Source of the DNA: a candidate division WOR-3 bacterium
Lineage (GTDB): Bacteria > Hydrothermota > Hydrothermia > LBFQ01
Reading direction: 5' to 3'
Assembly: GCA_039802605.1 (NCBI GenBank)
Contig: JBDRWW010000001.1
Span: 224,001-288,000 of the forward strand
Length of the DNA stretch: 64,000 bases
The notes beneath the pieces are model-generated. The model had not been told where the DNA came from, did not search any database, and worked only from the letters and a program-made list of their open reading frames with translations. The position numbers and the translations under genes are program-made. Each line of letters starts with the position of its first letter. Positions within the stretch are counted from its first letter, which is position 1. This document shows, piece by piece, positions 29,494-39,077 of this stretch.

Positions 29494-30828
29494 TTGCCCT
29501 TATTAAGGTATTCAACCCCGGAGCTTTTATCTCTTTGGTCGGAATCAAACAAGTTTAGAACATGGGCAAGGGTTGAGTGGGCGGTTTCGAAATCCCAAGA
29601 AGAGCTAGGAGTTATACCGAAAAAAGGCCTTTCCGAAAGGCTCCAAAAACTAATAGAGGATGACAAATTCTGGGAAGATGTTCCAAAGAAGGTTGAGGAG
29701 GTTGAAAGGGAATACGACCACGATGTTTTGGCGTTTTTAGCGGTAATTGAAAGGGAGTTGGGTGAGGCCGGAAATTTTTTACATTTCGGTTTAACATCCT
29801 CGGATGTCGTTGATACCGCAAACTCAATTCTATTTAGGGATGCCCTTAAACACATACTTACATCTTTGGAAGAACTTTCACAGGAGTTGTTAAAAAAGGC
29901 GGAAAAATACAAGTATTCCCCGGTAATGGGTAGAACGCACGGAGTATTCGCTCAACCAACAACATTTGGGTTAAAATTCCTAAGCTTCTATTCCGAATCC
30001 CTGCGCAACATTGAAAGGTTAAAAGAGGCAATTGATGAAATATCCTATGGGAAGATTTCCGGAGCCGTTGGTAATTATATCACAATAACCCCAGAGGTTG
30101 AGGAAAGGGCTTTGAGATATCTCGGATTAAAGGTTGAACCCGTATCAACCCAGATAATCCCAAGGGATAGGTACGCGTATGTTTTAAACGTTTTAACCCT
30201 TATAGGGGCCTTTTTGGAGAGGCTTGCGCTTGAAATAAGGCTTTCTTCAAGGACGGAGGTGGGGGAAATTCTTGAACCTTTTGGGAAACAGCAGAGGGGT
30301 TCATCCGCAATGCCGCATAAGAGGAATCCGATAAAAAGCGAAAGGCTAACGGGTATAGCGAGGCTTTTGAGGGGGTGGGCTTTGGCGGAGAACGAAAGCG
30401 TTGCGCTATGGCACGAAAGGGATATAAGTCATTCATCCGTTGAAAGGTTTGTCCTCCCGGATGCCACAACCACATTACATTACGCCTTAAAACTCGCAAA
30501 AAGAATTGTTGAAGGCTTATATATTGATACCCAAAGGGCAGAAGGGAACATAACAAAATTTGGGGATTTCTATTTATCTTCAATTCTCTTAATGCTTTTG
30601 GTTGAAAAGGGGGTTTCAAGGGACGAATGTTATGCTTGGGTTAAAGAGGTTTCGCAAAGGGCATTTGAAAACCAAAGCGGCATAATTGAAGAATCCTTAA
30701 AACACCCAAAGATAAGATCCCTAATAAGCGAAGATGAGTTGAGAAAACGCTTAAAAATTGATTTTACATCGTATGTTGATACGATTTTTGAAAGGGTTAA
30801 AGGTTTAAATAAAACCGGCATAGAATAA
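29494..30828 (+). CDS. purB: Adenylosuccinate lyase
   Basis: 'HFGLTSSD', 'GRTHG', 'GSSAMPHKRNP'; TTG 29494 (MPLLRYS) is the first start codon outside the tRNA and precedes the conserved 'RYS'. Confidence 0.95.
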   Translation: MPLLRYSTPELLSLWSESNKFRTWARVEWAVSKSQEELGVIPKKGLSERLQKLIEDDKFWEDVPKKVEEVEREYDHDVLAFLAVIERELGEAGNFLHFGLTSSDVVDTANSILFRDALKHILTSLEELSQELLKKAEKYKYSPVMGRTHGVFAQPTTFGLKFLSFYSESLRNIERLKEAIDEISYGKISGAVGNYITITPEVEERALRYLGLKVEPVSTQIIPRDRYAYVLNVLTLIGAFLERLALEIRLSSRTEVGEILEPFGKQQRGSSAMPHKRNPIKSERLTGIARLLRGWALAENESVALWHERDISHSSVERFVLPDATTTLHYALKLAKRIVEGLYIDTQRAEGNITKFGDFYLSSILLMLLVEKGVSRDECYAWVKEVSQRAFENQSGIIEESLKHPKIRSLISEDELRKRLKIDFTSYVDTIFERVKGLNKTGIE

Positions 30829-30834
30829 ACAATA

Positions 30835-32703
30835 ATGATTTTGGAAAATATCAAATTGCCGGAAGGTTTAAGGGGTTTGAATTACAAGGAATTGGAAGCC
30901 CTTGCAGAGGAGATAAGGGAACTCATAATAACCGTAACATCCGAAAACGGCGGACATGTTGGGCCCAATCTCGGGGTAGTGGAATTAACCATTTCATTGC
31001 TAAGGAATTTCAATCCACCAAAGGATAAGATTATTTGGGATGTTTCACACCAGACATATGTTTATAAAATCTTAACCGACAGGCTTGAAAGGTTCCATAC
31101 ATTAAGGAAATTCGGGGGAATATCCGGTTTTGCCAACATATTTGAAAGCCCCTATGATGCTTGGGGTGCCGGGCATGCGGGAACCGCCCTCTCCGCGGCG
31201 TTGGGGTTTGCAAAGGCTAGGGATCACACCGGCGAGGATTATTATGTGGTTTGTGTAATAGGGGATGCAACATTAACCGTGGGTATGACGCTTGAAGCCA
31301 TGAACAATGCCGGTTCCTTAGGTGTTGATATCATAACCATACTAAACGATAACGGTTGGTCAATTGACAAAAATGTGGGAATAATAGCGCAAATGCTATC
31401 AAAGGTTCAGGTAAACCCCGTTTATAATACCTTGCGGGAAAAGATATATAGGTTGCTTCCGAAAAAGGGGAAATATTGGGGTGGGAAATTAGAAGATGTT
31501 ATAAAAACAATTGTCCAAGACCCGGCCGCCTTGTTTGAGTTCTTTGGTTTCAGGTATATAGGTCCAATTGACGGGCATAATTTAAGATTGCTTGACGATG
31601 TTATAGGGAATGCGAAGGGTTTAAAGGGGCCCATCCTTATACATGTAATAACCGAAAAGGGTAGGGGTTTTAAGCCGGCCTTAGCCGACCCGGAAACCTT
31701 CCACGGCCTTGGCCCTTATGACAAAATAGACGGGAAGTCTAAGAAGAGTGGCGATCTACCCACATACTCTTCCGTATTTGGAAACACCGTACTTGAAATA
31801 GCCCGTATGGACCCCAAGGTGGTGGGTATAACCGCCGCGATGCCTAAGGGGACGGGGCTTGATAAGTTAAGGGACAATTTAAAATCGCAATATTACGATG
31901 TTGGTATAGCGGAACAGCATGCCGTAACATTTGCGGCGGGACTGGCAAGGGCTGGTGTTAAACCTTTTGTCGCAATATACTCAACATTCTTACAGAGGGC
32001 TTACGATAGCGTTATACACGATGTTGCATTGCAGAAATTACCGGTAAGGTTTTTCCTTGATAGGGGTGGCCTCGTGGGGGACGATGGTCCAACACATCAT
32101 GGGGTTTTTGACCTATCATATTTAAGATGTATACCAAACTGCGTGGTTGCGGCGCCAAAGGATGGGGATGAATTCAGGGATTTAATTTATACCGCTTGGA
32201 AATACGAGGATGGCCCGATATTCATAAGGTATCCTAGGGGGAGTGTTCCGGCGCCTTTAAGCGGTGGAACCCCAAGAATATTGGTTATAGGCTCTTGGGA
32301 GGTTTTAGAGGAAGGGGAGGACATATTGTTCTTGCCGGTGGGATACTTTGTATATCCCGTAATGGAATTGCTAGAATCCTTAAAAGATTACGGAATACAC
32401 CCCTATGTCATAAACGCGAGGTTTGTTAAGCCTATGGATGTTGAAACTTTGGAAAACCTTGCGCAGAAGGTTAAATACATCTTTACATTTGAGGATAACG
32501 TTTTAAACGGTGGATTTGGTAGCGGGGTTTTGGAATATTTGGCGGATAAAGGCCTTTTAAACGGGAAAAAGGTTATGCGTTTTGGAATACCAGACAGGTT
32601 TATTCCGCATGGAGAAAAGGGTTTGTTGCTTAAAGACTTGGGTCTTGATAACGAGGGCTTAAAGGCAAAAATCTTGGAGGTCTTAGGGGTTAGGGTGGTT
32701 TAA
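30835..32703 (+). CDS. dxs: 1-deoxy-D-xylulose-5-phosphate synthase
   Basis: 'GGHVGPNLG', 'YIGPIDGH', 'GIAEQHA', 'STFLQRAYD', 'DGPTHHG'. Confidence 0.97.
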   Translation: MILENIKLPEGLRGLNYKELEALAEEIRELIITVTSENGGHVGPNLGVVELTISLLRNFNPPKDKIIWDVSHQTYVYKILTDRLERFHTLRKFGGISGFANIFESPYDAWGAGHAGTALSAALGFAKARDHTGEDYYVVCVIGDATLTVGMTLEAMNNAGSLGVDIITILNDNGWSIDKNVGIIAQMLSKVQVNPVYNTLREKIYRLLPKKGKYWGGKLEDVIKTIVQDPAALFEFFGFRYIGPIDGHNLRLLDDVIGNAKGLKGPILIHVITEKGRGFKPALADPETFHGLGPYDKIDGKSKKSGDLPTYSSVFGNTVLEIARMDPKVVGITAAMPKGTGLDKLRDNLKSQYYDVGIAEQHAVTFAAGLARAGVKPFVAIYSTFLQRAYDSVIHDVALQKLPVRFFLDRGGLVGDDGPTHHGVFDLSYLRCIPNCVVAAPKDGDEFRDLIYTAWKYEDGPIFIRYPRGSVPAPLSGGTPRILVIGSWEVLEEGEDILFLPVGYFVYPVMELLESLKDYGIHPYVINARFVKPMDVETLENLAQKVKYIFTFEDNVLNGGFGSGVLEYLADKGLLNGKKVMRFGIPDRFIPHGEKGLLLKDLGLDNEGLKAKILEVLGVRVV

Positions 32704-33128
32704 AGTTCAACCGTTATCCTTTTACCCTCCTGTTTTACCTTAACCCCTTTTCCGATAAACTCTTCCACAAAACCTTCAATTGCGCCTACCAAGGGACTTA
32801 ATGCTTTGCTCTCATCCGGATGCGCCCTTAGAAGAAACGAATCTTTAACCTCTATGCTTAAAACATCCCCGCTTATGGAAATATCTATATTACCGAAACC
32901 CGCCTGTAAAAAGAACTCCTTTAAGATTTCCGGCAATTCATCCTTAGAAAGATCAACCTTATTTCTCAGGGATTTTGCCGCGGCCTTGCCCGCTTCATTG
33001 GAGCCCTTCCTTATTAAACCCGATAACGGCCCCGCAAACTTGAGTATTTGGGAATAAACCTCCACGACAAAGTCCTTAGGCAATATTATCCCTTCTTCCT
33101 TCAAAAATTTTGCTATTTTTTCCTTCAT
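32700..33128 (-). CDS. V4R/TRAPP-like fold hypothetical protein
   Basis: 'AGK..A...FF...GFG.I...S..L...GAIEGF...F.G' pattern. Confidence 0.5.
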   Translation of the reverse strand: MKEKIAKFLKEEGIILPKDFVVEVYSQILKFAGPLSGLIRKGSNEAGKAAAKSLRNKVDLSKDELPEILKEFFLQAGFGNIDISISGDVLSIEVKDSFLLRAHPDESKALSPLVGAIEGFVEEFIGKGVKVKQEGKRITVEL

Positions 33129-33140
33129 TTCCCACCCCCT

Positions 33141-33521
33141 TTACATATAGGCCTTAACGATTTCGTAAATCTTTTCCCTCTGTTTTTTGAACTCCATAAA
33201 CAGAGGTCCCAGCTTAACATTGGCCGTGGTTATAAACCCTATATAAAACCCTTCTATTACACCAACCAAAATGGATATTTCCCCCCCTTGCACGAAAACC
33301 ATTTGAAAATCCCTATCTCCAAACTCGTTTAAAACATTTTGAACCATAGCCGTGGCGGATGAAAGTAATCCCGCTATAACTATCGAGTCCTGTATGCTTA
33401 AAGCCTTTGAGATAACATGGGCTATGGGTAATCCCTCATCCGATGCAACAATTACGCCTAAGGTTTCGGGCACAAACCTTTTTATATCGTCCAAAACTTT
33501 TTCAAGTTCCGCGGCTATCAT
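33141..33521 (-). CDS. Roadblock/LC7 (MglB-like) protein
   Basis: 'GVIVASDEGLPIA', 'NVKLGPLF'; start placed at ATG 33521 (TATAAT 9 nt upstream). Confidence 0.8.
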   Translation of the reverse strand: MIAAELEKVLDDIKRFVPETLGVIVASDEGLPIAHVISKALSIQDSIVIAGLLSSATAMVQNVLNEFGDRDFQMVFVQGGEISILVGVIEGFYIGFITTANVKLGPLFMEFKKQREKIYEIVKAYM

Positions 33522-33628
33522 AATGCAAATATTATACGGTTGATTACCTTGTAAAGTGATAAAACTATCCAAAAATTGTTTCAAGGGATTGTGTTTGATT
33601 CCCCCTTTACAACCTTATAATACGGGTT

Positions 33629-35314
33629 ATGACCGTAAAGAATGGAAAGAAAATTTTGGAAGAGTTGTATAGCGAGTGGAAGGAGAGGATGAAAGCGTGT
33701 TCAAGGGATAGAAAGGAGAGGTTTTTAACGCTTTCGGGTATTCCTATAAAGGAATTATACACACCTTTAGACATACCGAACTTTGATTACGAAGAAAAGC
33801 TCGGTTTTCCCGGCGAATATCCGTATACCCGGGGGCCTTATTATAACATGTACAGGGGTAGGCCCTGGACTATAAGGCAGTTTGCCGGATACGGTAGGGC
33901 AAAGGATACAAACGAAAGGTTTAAGTATTTGATATCCATAGGGCAAACGGGTTTATCAACGGCCTTTGATATGCCAACCCTTATGGGATACGATTCCGAC
34001 CATCCATTGGCCGAAGGCGAGGTGGGTAGGGAAGGGGTTGCGGTGGATACATTAGCGGATTTTGAGATTTTGTTTGATGGGATAAACCTGGGTGAGGTTT
34101 CCGTATCCTTTACCATTAACGCCCCGGCAATTTTTATATACTCTTTGTACTTGGCATTGGCCGAAAAGCAGGGGGTACCCTTTGAAAAACTCAGGGGAAC
34201 GCTACAAAACGATATGTTAAAGGAATTCCACGCGCAAAACGAATGGATATTCCCCCCAGAACCTTCCGTAAAATTGGTAACGGATATAATAGAATTTTCC
34301 TCAAAGCATACGCCTAAGTTCAATCCCGTTTCAATTTCCGGTTATCATATTAGGGAAGCGGGATCAACGGCCGTTCAGGAACTGGCCTTCACCCTTGCGG
34401 ACGGGTTTGCTTATGTTGAAAGCGCCATAAGGAGGGGGCTTGATGTTGATGAATTCGCCCCAAGGCTTTCCTTCTTCTTCAACTCGCATTTGGATTTCTT
34501 TGAGGAGATAGCAAAGTTTAGGGCGGCGCGCAGGATTTGGGCTAGGGAGATGAGGTTTAGGTACAAGGCCAAAAATCCGGAAAGTTGGAGGTTGAGATTC
34601 CATACCCAAACCGCCGGGTGTTCCCTAACCGCCCAACAACCCCTTGTAAATGTTATAAGAACGGCCTTTGAGGCCTTAGCGGCCGTGCTGGGTGGAACGC
34701 AATCCCTACATACAAACTCTTATGACGAAGCCCTTCAATTGCCATCAGAAGAAGCCGTTACGATAGCGGTAAGGACACAGCAGGTGATACTTCATGAAAC
34801 GGGTGTTGCAAATACCATTGACCCGTTGGCGGGCTCCTACTTCGTTGAATGGCTTACGGACAAAATTGAAGAGGAGGCTTATAAGTACTTTGAGAAGATT
34901 TTAGACCTCGGAAACGGTTCATTCCTTGATGGGATTTTAAAGGGCATAGAGTTGGGGTTCTTTAAGAAAGAAATAGCGGATGCGGCCTATGAGTTTCAAA
35001 AGAGGGTGGAGGAGAAAGAATTCATATGGGTTGGAATAAACGAGTATGTTGAAGATGTTCCCTTAGAAGTACCAAAGTTTTATGTTGATCCGAAAATAGA
35101 GGAAGAACAGAAGAAATTCTTAAAGAAGATAAAAGAGGAGAGGGATAACGAGAGCGTTAGGTTGGCAATTGAGAGGTTGAAAGAAGCCGCCAAGAAAAAC
35201 AAAAACCTTGTACCATATTTCATAGATGCAGTAAAGGTTTATGCCACGGAAGGGGAGTTGATGGATGCCTTAAAGGAGGTGTATGGAACTTACAGGGAAA
35301 CCATAATAGTGTAA
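33629..35314 (+). CDS. Acyl-CoA mutase large subunit, isobutyryl-CoA mutase-like
   Basis: 'PGEYPYTRG', 'WTIRQFAG', 'QNDMLKEFHAQNEW', 'SGYHIREAG', 'QSLHTNSYDEA'; no B12-binding domain. Confidence 0.9.
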   Translation: MTVKNGKKILEELYSEWKERMKACSRDRKERFLTLSGIPIKELYTPLDIPNFDYEEKLGFPGEYPYTRGPYYNMYRGRPWTIRQFAGYGRAKDTNERFKYLISIGQTGLSTAFDMPTLMGYDSDHPLAEGEVGREGVAVDTLADFEILFDGINLGEVSVSFTINAPAIFIYSLYLALAEKQGVPFEKLRGTLQNDMLKEFHAQNEWIFPPEPSVKLVTDIIEFSSKHTPKFNPVSISGYHIREAGSTAVQELAFTLADGFAYVESAIRRGLDVDEFAPRLSFFFNSHLDFFEEIAKFRAARRIWAREMRFRYKAKNPESWRLRFHTQTAGCSLTAQQPLVNVIRTAFEALAAVLGGTQSLHTNSYDEALQLPSEEAVTIAVRTQQVILHETGVANTIDPLAGSYFVEWLTDKIEEEAYKYFEKILDLGNGSFLDGILKGIELGFFKKEIADAAYEFQKRVEEKEFIWVGINEYVEDVPLEVPKFYVDPKIEEEQKKFLKKIKEERDNESVRLAIERLKEAAKKNKNLVPYFIDAVKVYATEGELMDALKEVYGTYRETIIV

Positions 35315-35799
35315 TCCACTTTTTCCACAACCCTTTCAAAAACATAAACCCTATTATTGTTTAAAACCTTGACGTTTATGTAATAAATTCCCTCAGGCAA
35401 ACCGTTTAGATCAAAATAAACCACACCCTTACCCCGTTTTTCAAGGAATTTTTTACCGTCAACGAATAGGGTTGCCTTCACAAAACCTTCACCGTTAATA
35501 AGTATGTACCCTTCGGTTAAATCGTCCAAACCGTAAATATCAACACCCCTATGAAATTGAACCATTAAGGTTAAAAACAAAACTATTCCGAGCGCATAAG
35601 ACATCCACCTAACAATAGCCCTTTTAATCCCAAAAATTACGGATTTTCTCAAAGAACCTTGTAAATACAATTCAAATTCGTACAACCTTTTGCACCCATC
35701 ACAAGCCTTTATATGGTTTTCAACCTCAAACCTTTCCCAACCCGTTAACTTACCTATAACCAAAAGGGGAATTTTATCCTTTACCTCCTCGTGCTTCAT
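35290..35799 (-). CDS. Zinc-binding anti-sigma factor (zf-HC2) with TM
   Basis: HxxxCxxC (HIKACDGC), TM segment, downstream of an ECF sigma. Confidence 0.8.
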   Translation of the reverse strand: MKHEEVKDKIPLLVIGKLTGWERFEVENHIKACDGCKRLYEFELYLQGSLRKSVIFGIKRAIVRWMSYALGIVLFLTLMVQFHRGVDIYGLDDLTEGYILINGEGFVKATLFVDGKKFLEKRGKGVVYFDLNGLPEGIYYINVKVLNNNRVYVFERVVEKVDYTIMVSL

Positions 35800-36301
35800 T
35801 CTCCAAAATCTCCTTTAACTTCACCTTAGCCCTATTCAAACGCGACTTCACCGTACCTATGCTAATACCCAATTCATCCGCTATTTGCCTGTAAGTCCTC
35901 TTTTCAATATAAAACAACCACAACACCTTTTGATAACCCTCGGGGAGTTGGGAAAAGGCCTTTTTAAAACTCTCCAAGGGATATACGGGTTTAAACTCGT
36001 CGTAATCCTCCTCTTCGGGAATTTCATAGAAAAATATGGTTTCATCCGTATCCTCAATATCATCGGATAGGGAAACCTTATAAGAGTTATCCCTCCAATA
36101 CCTTCGCATTTCGTTTATTGCAATTTTGAAAAGCCATGTCTTCACACTTGACAAACCTTTAAATCTTTTAAACCCTTTTAAGGCCCTCAGGAATACCTCA
36201 TTTGTTAGGTCTAATGCATCGTTGATATTCCGTATCTTACTCAAAATGAACCTAAAAACATCGTTGTAATAGCACTTATATATATCCTCAAACCTTTGCA
36301 T
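35774..36301 (-). CDS. ECF sigma factor
   Basis: 'DLTNEVFL', 'KTWLFKIAIN', 'IADELGISIGTVKSRLNRA'. Confidence 0.93.
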   Translation of the reverse strand: MQRFEDIYKCYYNDVFRFILSKIRNINDALDLTNEVFLRALKGFKRFKGLSSVKTWLFKIAINEMRRYWRDNSYKVSLSDDIEDTDETIFFYEIPEEEDYDEFKPVYPLESFKKAFSQLPEGYQKVLWLFYIEKRTYRQIADELGISIGTVKSRLNRAKVKLKEILENEARGGKG

Positions 36302-36310
36302 ACGGATGCT

Positions 36311-37075
36311 TTAATAGCCTATGCCCGCATAAAAGGATAGGGGTAAATCGGGGTGAAAGTTTGATATTGCGGTAAAGTTAAAGCCCCTTGCGTTCAGCGA
36401 AAATCCGACAAAGTAAGAGGGGACCTTTCCGTCATACCTCAGAGAGGCCAATATGTCTATTAAATCGTTTATTCCCCAAACTCCGCCCAAACCGTAATTG
36501 ACATCCCCGTACTGATCCTTTAAAACCCCAATCGCGGTTGTTAAATCGGCTCTTGGTGAAAAGGCTATATAAGAACCCAGAAAGGTGGGCATTGAAAAAC
36601 CTCCTATATCCGGTGAGTTTAAGTTTTTTGAGAATATCCCCAAGCGCCAGAATTCGTATATTTTGAAACTCGCCCCAATATTTGCACCTAGGGAATATTT
36701 TGTCCCGACATCACTTCTCGGATTGCTTATCTGAAAGTATGAGAGTGAAATTCCCAGATTAAAACCTTCCAAAACCTTTAAATTATAACCTGCGGTTGCG
36801 GAGAATTCGTTATATCTACCGCTGTACTCGTCCTCATCGGGTAAATCTACAAACATGTCCTCAAAGGTTAATGCAAAGCTTTTATAACCCAAACCCAAGA
36901 ACCCTTGATTTAAAATTGAAAAACTCCTCTGATAACCCGTTGAGAACGAAAAACCGTCAAATGTAATTGAAGGGTCAAAGGAAAACCTTAAAGGATTTTC
37001 AAGGGGCAAAAACCAAAACCCGGAAAAAAGGGGGCCCCCAGACCACCCAAAGGCCCCCAAAAGTATTAGAACCAT
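36311..37075 (-). CDS. PorV-like outer membrane beta-barrel protein (putative)
   Basis: Amphipathic strands, 'NP', 'KNLNSP', terminal aromatic residue. Confidence 0.55.
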   Translation of the reverse strand: MVLILLGAFGWSGGPLFSGFWFLPLENPLRFSFDPSITFDGFSFSTGYQRSFSILNQGFLGLGYKSFALTFEDMFVDLPDEDEYSGRYNEFSATAGYNLKVLEGFNLGISLSYFQISNPRSDVGTKYSLGANIGASFKIYEFWRLGIFSKNLNSPDIGGFSMPTFLGSYIAFSPRADLTTAIGVLKDQYGDVNYGLGGVWGINDLIDILASLRYDGKVPSYFVGFSLNARGFNFTAISNFHPDLPLSFYAGIGY

Positions 37076-38217
37076 TAATCAACCTCCATTTCGCCGCTTT
37101 TTACCTTCTCCTCAACCCCTCCAACCTCCAAACCCTTCTTCTGTCTGAGCTTCCTTAGGATTTTCGGCAAGTTTGTGTATTCCATCTCCTCTTCGGGCAA
37201 CCTGTGGGGTTCAAATACACCTTGCCTGCGCATAATATTTGCCAATAGGTTGCACTCCTCACGGGCCTTATCAAAGGACGGGTCATCAAACATATCCCTA
37301 GGCCCTATTAGTTTCCCATTTGCTATTTGGAATCCGGCGGCTATAACCCTTGGGGGACCGTCAAACCTTGAAGGGTTTGCCTGATGGAAGGGAACGGGCA
37401 TTAAGGGGCCAACATGGGAACCCCTCATCCACCCCTCAACGAAGAAGGGCCTTGCAAATGGTTCAAGAACCTCGCCCACGGCCGGGAATCCGCTCTGAGC
37501 CCTAACTATTAAAACCGGGTCATCCTTACCGACATACCTACCCGCTATTAGGGATAACCTCTGGGTTGAAGCAACGGCCCCTATTTCGTTATCGCTCCTC
37601 CTATAAACCTCCTTTACAACAAACCTTTCAACGCTTCCTATTAAGGCTAAAAGGTCGTACATCTCATCCGGGCAATCAACGGCATACTCTTCACCCGTTT
37701 TAACATCCAAAACTATAAACCTAAAACCCTCATGCATTGACGGGTCTATTACAAGGCCCGATGTGTTTTGTGGATTTGCGAACATCTCGTAAAGGGGTAA
37801 GTTCCAAGCGGAAGGGGAGGTTTTATCGGCCATGAAAATTATTACGGGTTCGGATGGCCTTTCTTCAAACTCCATTTCCGCAACACCTGGCCCCATACCC
37901 TTAACATTTCCGCTAAAAGTATCGGATAGGAGATCCTGGCCCGCACCGTAAAGTTTTAATTCTTTCGCCACCTCCGTAGCCCTTTGAAGGGCCTTCCACG
38001 CAAGGCCGTGTATTTCCTCGCTATCCTTACCCTTCTGGTGGGTCATTATTAGGTTTATATCATCTCCCACCCTCATAACCGCATAGTCTATTATCGTTCC
38101 CGCATCCCTGGCTTCCCTGAGGACATTATCCGCCGCTTCCAAGAGTTTCGGATGGGTACTTGAATGCCCCACCCATCCACCAACATCCGCCTTTATAACG
38201 CTCAAAGTTATCTTCAT
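37075..38217 (-). CDS. fbp: Fructose-1,6-bisphosphate aldolase/phosphatase (class V)
   Basis: 'SVIKADVGG..GH', 'LYGAGQDLL', 'YVGKDDP', 'GWMRGSH', 'RFDGPPR'. Confidence 0.96.
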   Translation of the reverse strand: MKITLSVIKADVGGWVGHSSTHPKLLEAADNVLREARDAGTIIDYAVMRVGDDINLIMTHQKGKDSEEIHGLAWKALQRATEVAKELKLYGAGQDLLSDTFSGNVKGMGPGVAEMEFEERPSEPVIIFMADKTSPSAWNLPLYEMFANPQNTSGLVIDPSMHEGFRFIVLDVKTGEEYAVDCPDEMYDLLALIGSVERFVVKEVYRRSDNEIGAVASTQRLSLIAGRYVGKDDPVLIVRAQSGFPAVGEVLEPFARPFFVEGWMRGSHVGPLMPVPFHQANPSRFDGPPRVIAAGFQIANGKLIGPRDMFDDPSFDKAREECNLLANIMRRQGVFEPHRLPEEEMEYTNLPKILRKLRQKKGLEVGGVEEKVKSGEMEVD

Positions 38218-38296
38218 AGGTGGGTATTTTATCCCCGTTTAATTTTTGGTTATACAGTTAAAAGTGGGAATTTCAGCCTTATAATATCCGCTTAAA

Positions 38297-38370
38297 GCCC
38301 CCGTAGCTCAACGGGATAGAGCGGCGGATTTCTAATCCGCAGGCTGGGGGTTCAAGTCCCTCCGGGGGCG
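38297..38370 (+). tRNA. tRNA-Arg(TCT)
   Basis: GCCCCCG/CGGGGGC acceptor, GCGGA-TTTCTAA-TCCGC anticodon arm, TTCAAGT T loop; no CCA. Confidence 0.97.
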
Positions 38371-38371
38371 C

Positions 38372-38548
38372 TTGAAGAACCTGCCAAAATACACAAGGAT
38401 TAATTGGATCTTTTGGGGCTTGTCGGCACTTTGCATAGCCGGAGGGTTCTATTTGACTCTAAACGGTGAAAAGGTTATATCAACGGTACTTTTTATCCTG
38501 GGATATGTTGTTTTCCCAATACCGGCAATATTATTAACGGAGAAATGA
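38372..38548 (+). CDS. Small 2-TM membrane protein, DUF3098-like (58 aa, not in ORF track)
   Basis: TTG start: MKNLPKYTRINWIFWGLSALCIAGGFYLTLNGEKVISTVLFILGYVVFPIPAILLTEK; stop overlaps next ATG (ATGA). Confidence 0.75.
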   Translation: MKNLPKYTRINWIFWGLSALCIAGGFYLTLNGEKVISTVLFILGYVVFPIPAILLTEK

Positions 38549-39042
38549 GGGTTTTGGTGCTATCCGATACCCATATACCACACAGGGCTAGTATGCTACC
38601 AAAGGAATTTTATGAAAAGGTTGATGGGGTGGATTTAATAATACATGCCGGCGATTTTACAACCCTTAGGGTTTTGAGGGAATTGGAAAGTTTTAAACCC
38701 GTTATAGGGGTTGTGGGTAATATGGATGAACCGGAACTCTATTCCGTATTACCGGAAATAAGGGTGGAAAACCTGAACGGTTTGAGGGTTGGAATTTTTC
38801 ACGGCGTTGGCTCTCCCATAGGTTTGGAGAAAAGGGTTAGGGAGAAGTTTAAGAGGGAAAACTACGAGGTGGATTTTATAATTTTTGGGCATAGTCATAG
38901 GTGGTTTTATGGGGAGGTTGAAGGGGTTAAAATGCTAAATCCGGGTTCTGCAACCGATAGGTTTTTCACCTTCAAAAGGAGCTTTGCCATATTAAAAATT
39001 GAAGGTGGAAATGTAGAAGTGGAAAGGGTTGAAGTTGAATAA
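38545..39042 (+). CDS. Metallophosphoesterase (YfcE/MJ0936 family)
   Basis: 'SDTH', 'HAGD', 'GNMD', 'GHSH', 'NPGS'. Confidence 0.92.
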   Translation: MRVLVLSDTHIPHRASMLPKEFYEKVDGVDLIIHAGDFTTLRVLRELESFKPVIGVVGNMDEPELYSVLPEIRVENLNGLRVGIFHGVGSPIGLEKRVREKFKRENYEVDFIIFGHSHRWFYGEVEGVKMLNPGSATDRFFTFKRSFAILKIEGGNVEVERVEVE

Positions 39043-39077
39043 TCAAATGTCTGGCAATGGTTAGAAAGGGTAAGGGG

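Noticed and set aside
33522..33584. Longer ORF-track starts for Roadblock (also OsmC, GWxTD and cbaA)
   Set aside because: The extensions run through -10 boxes or the RBS; the downstream ATGs fit better
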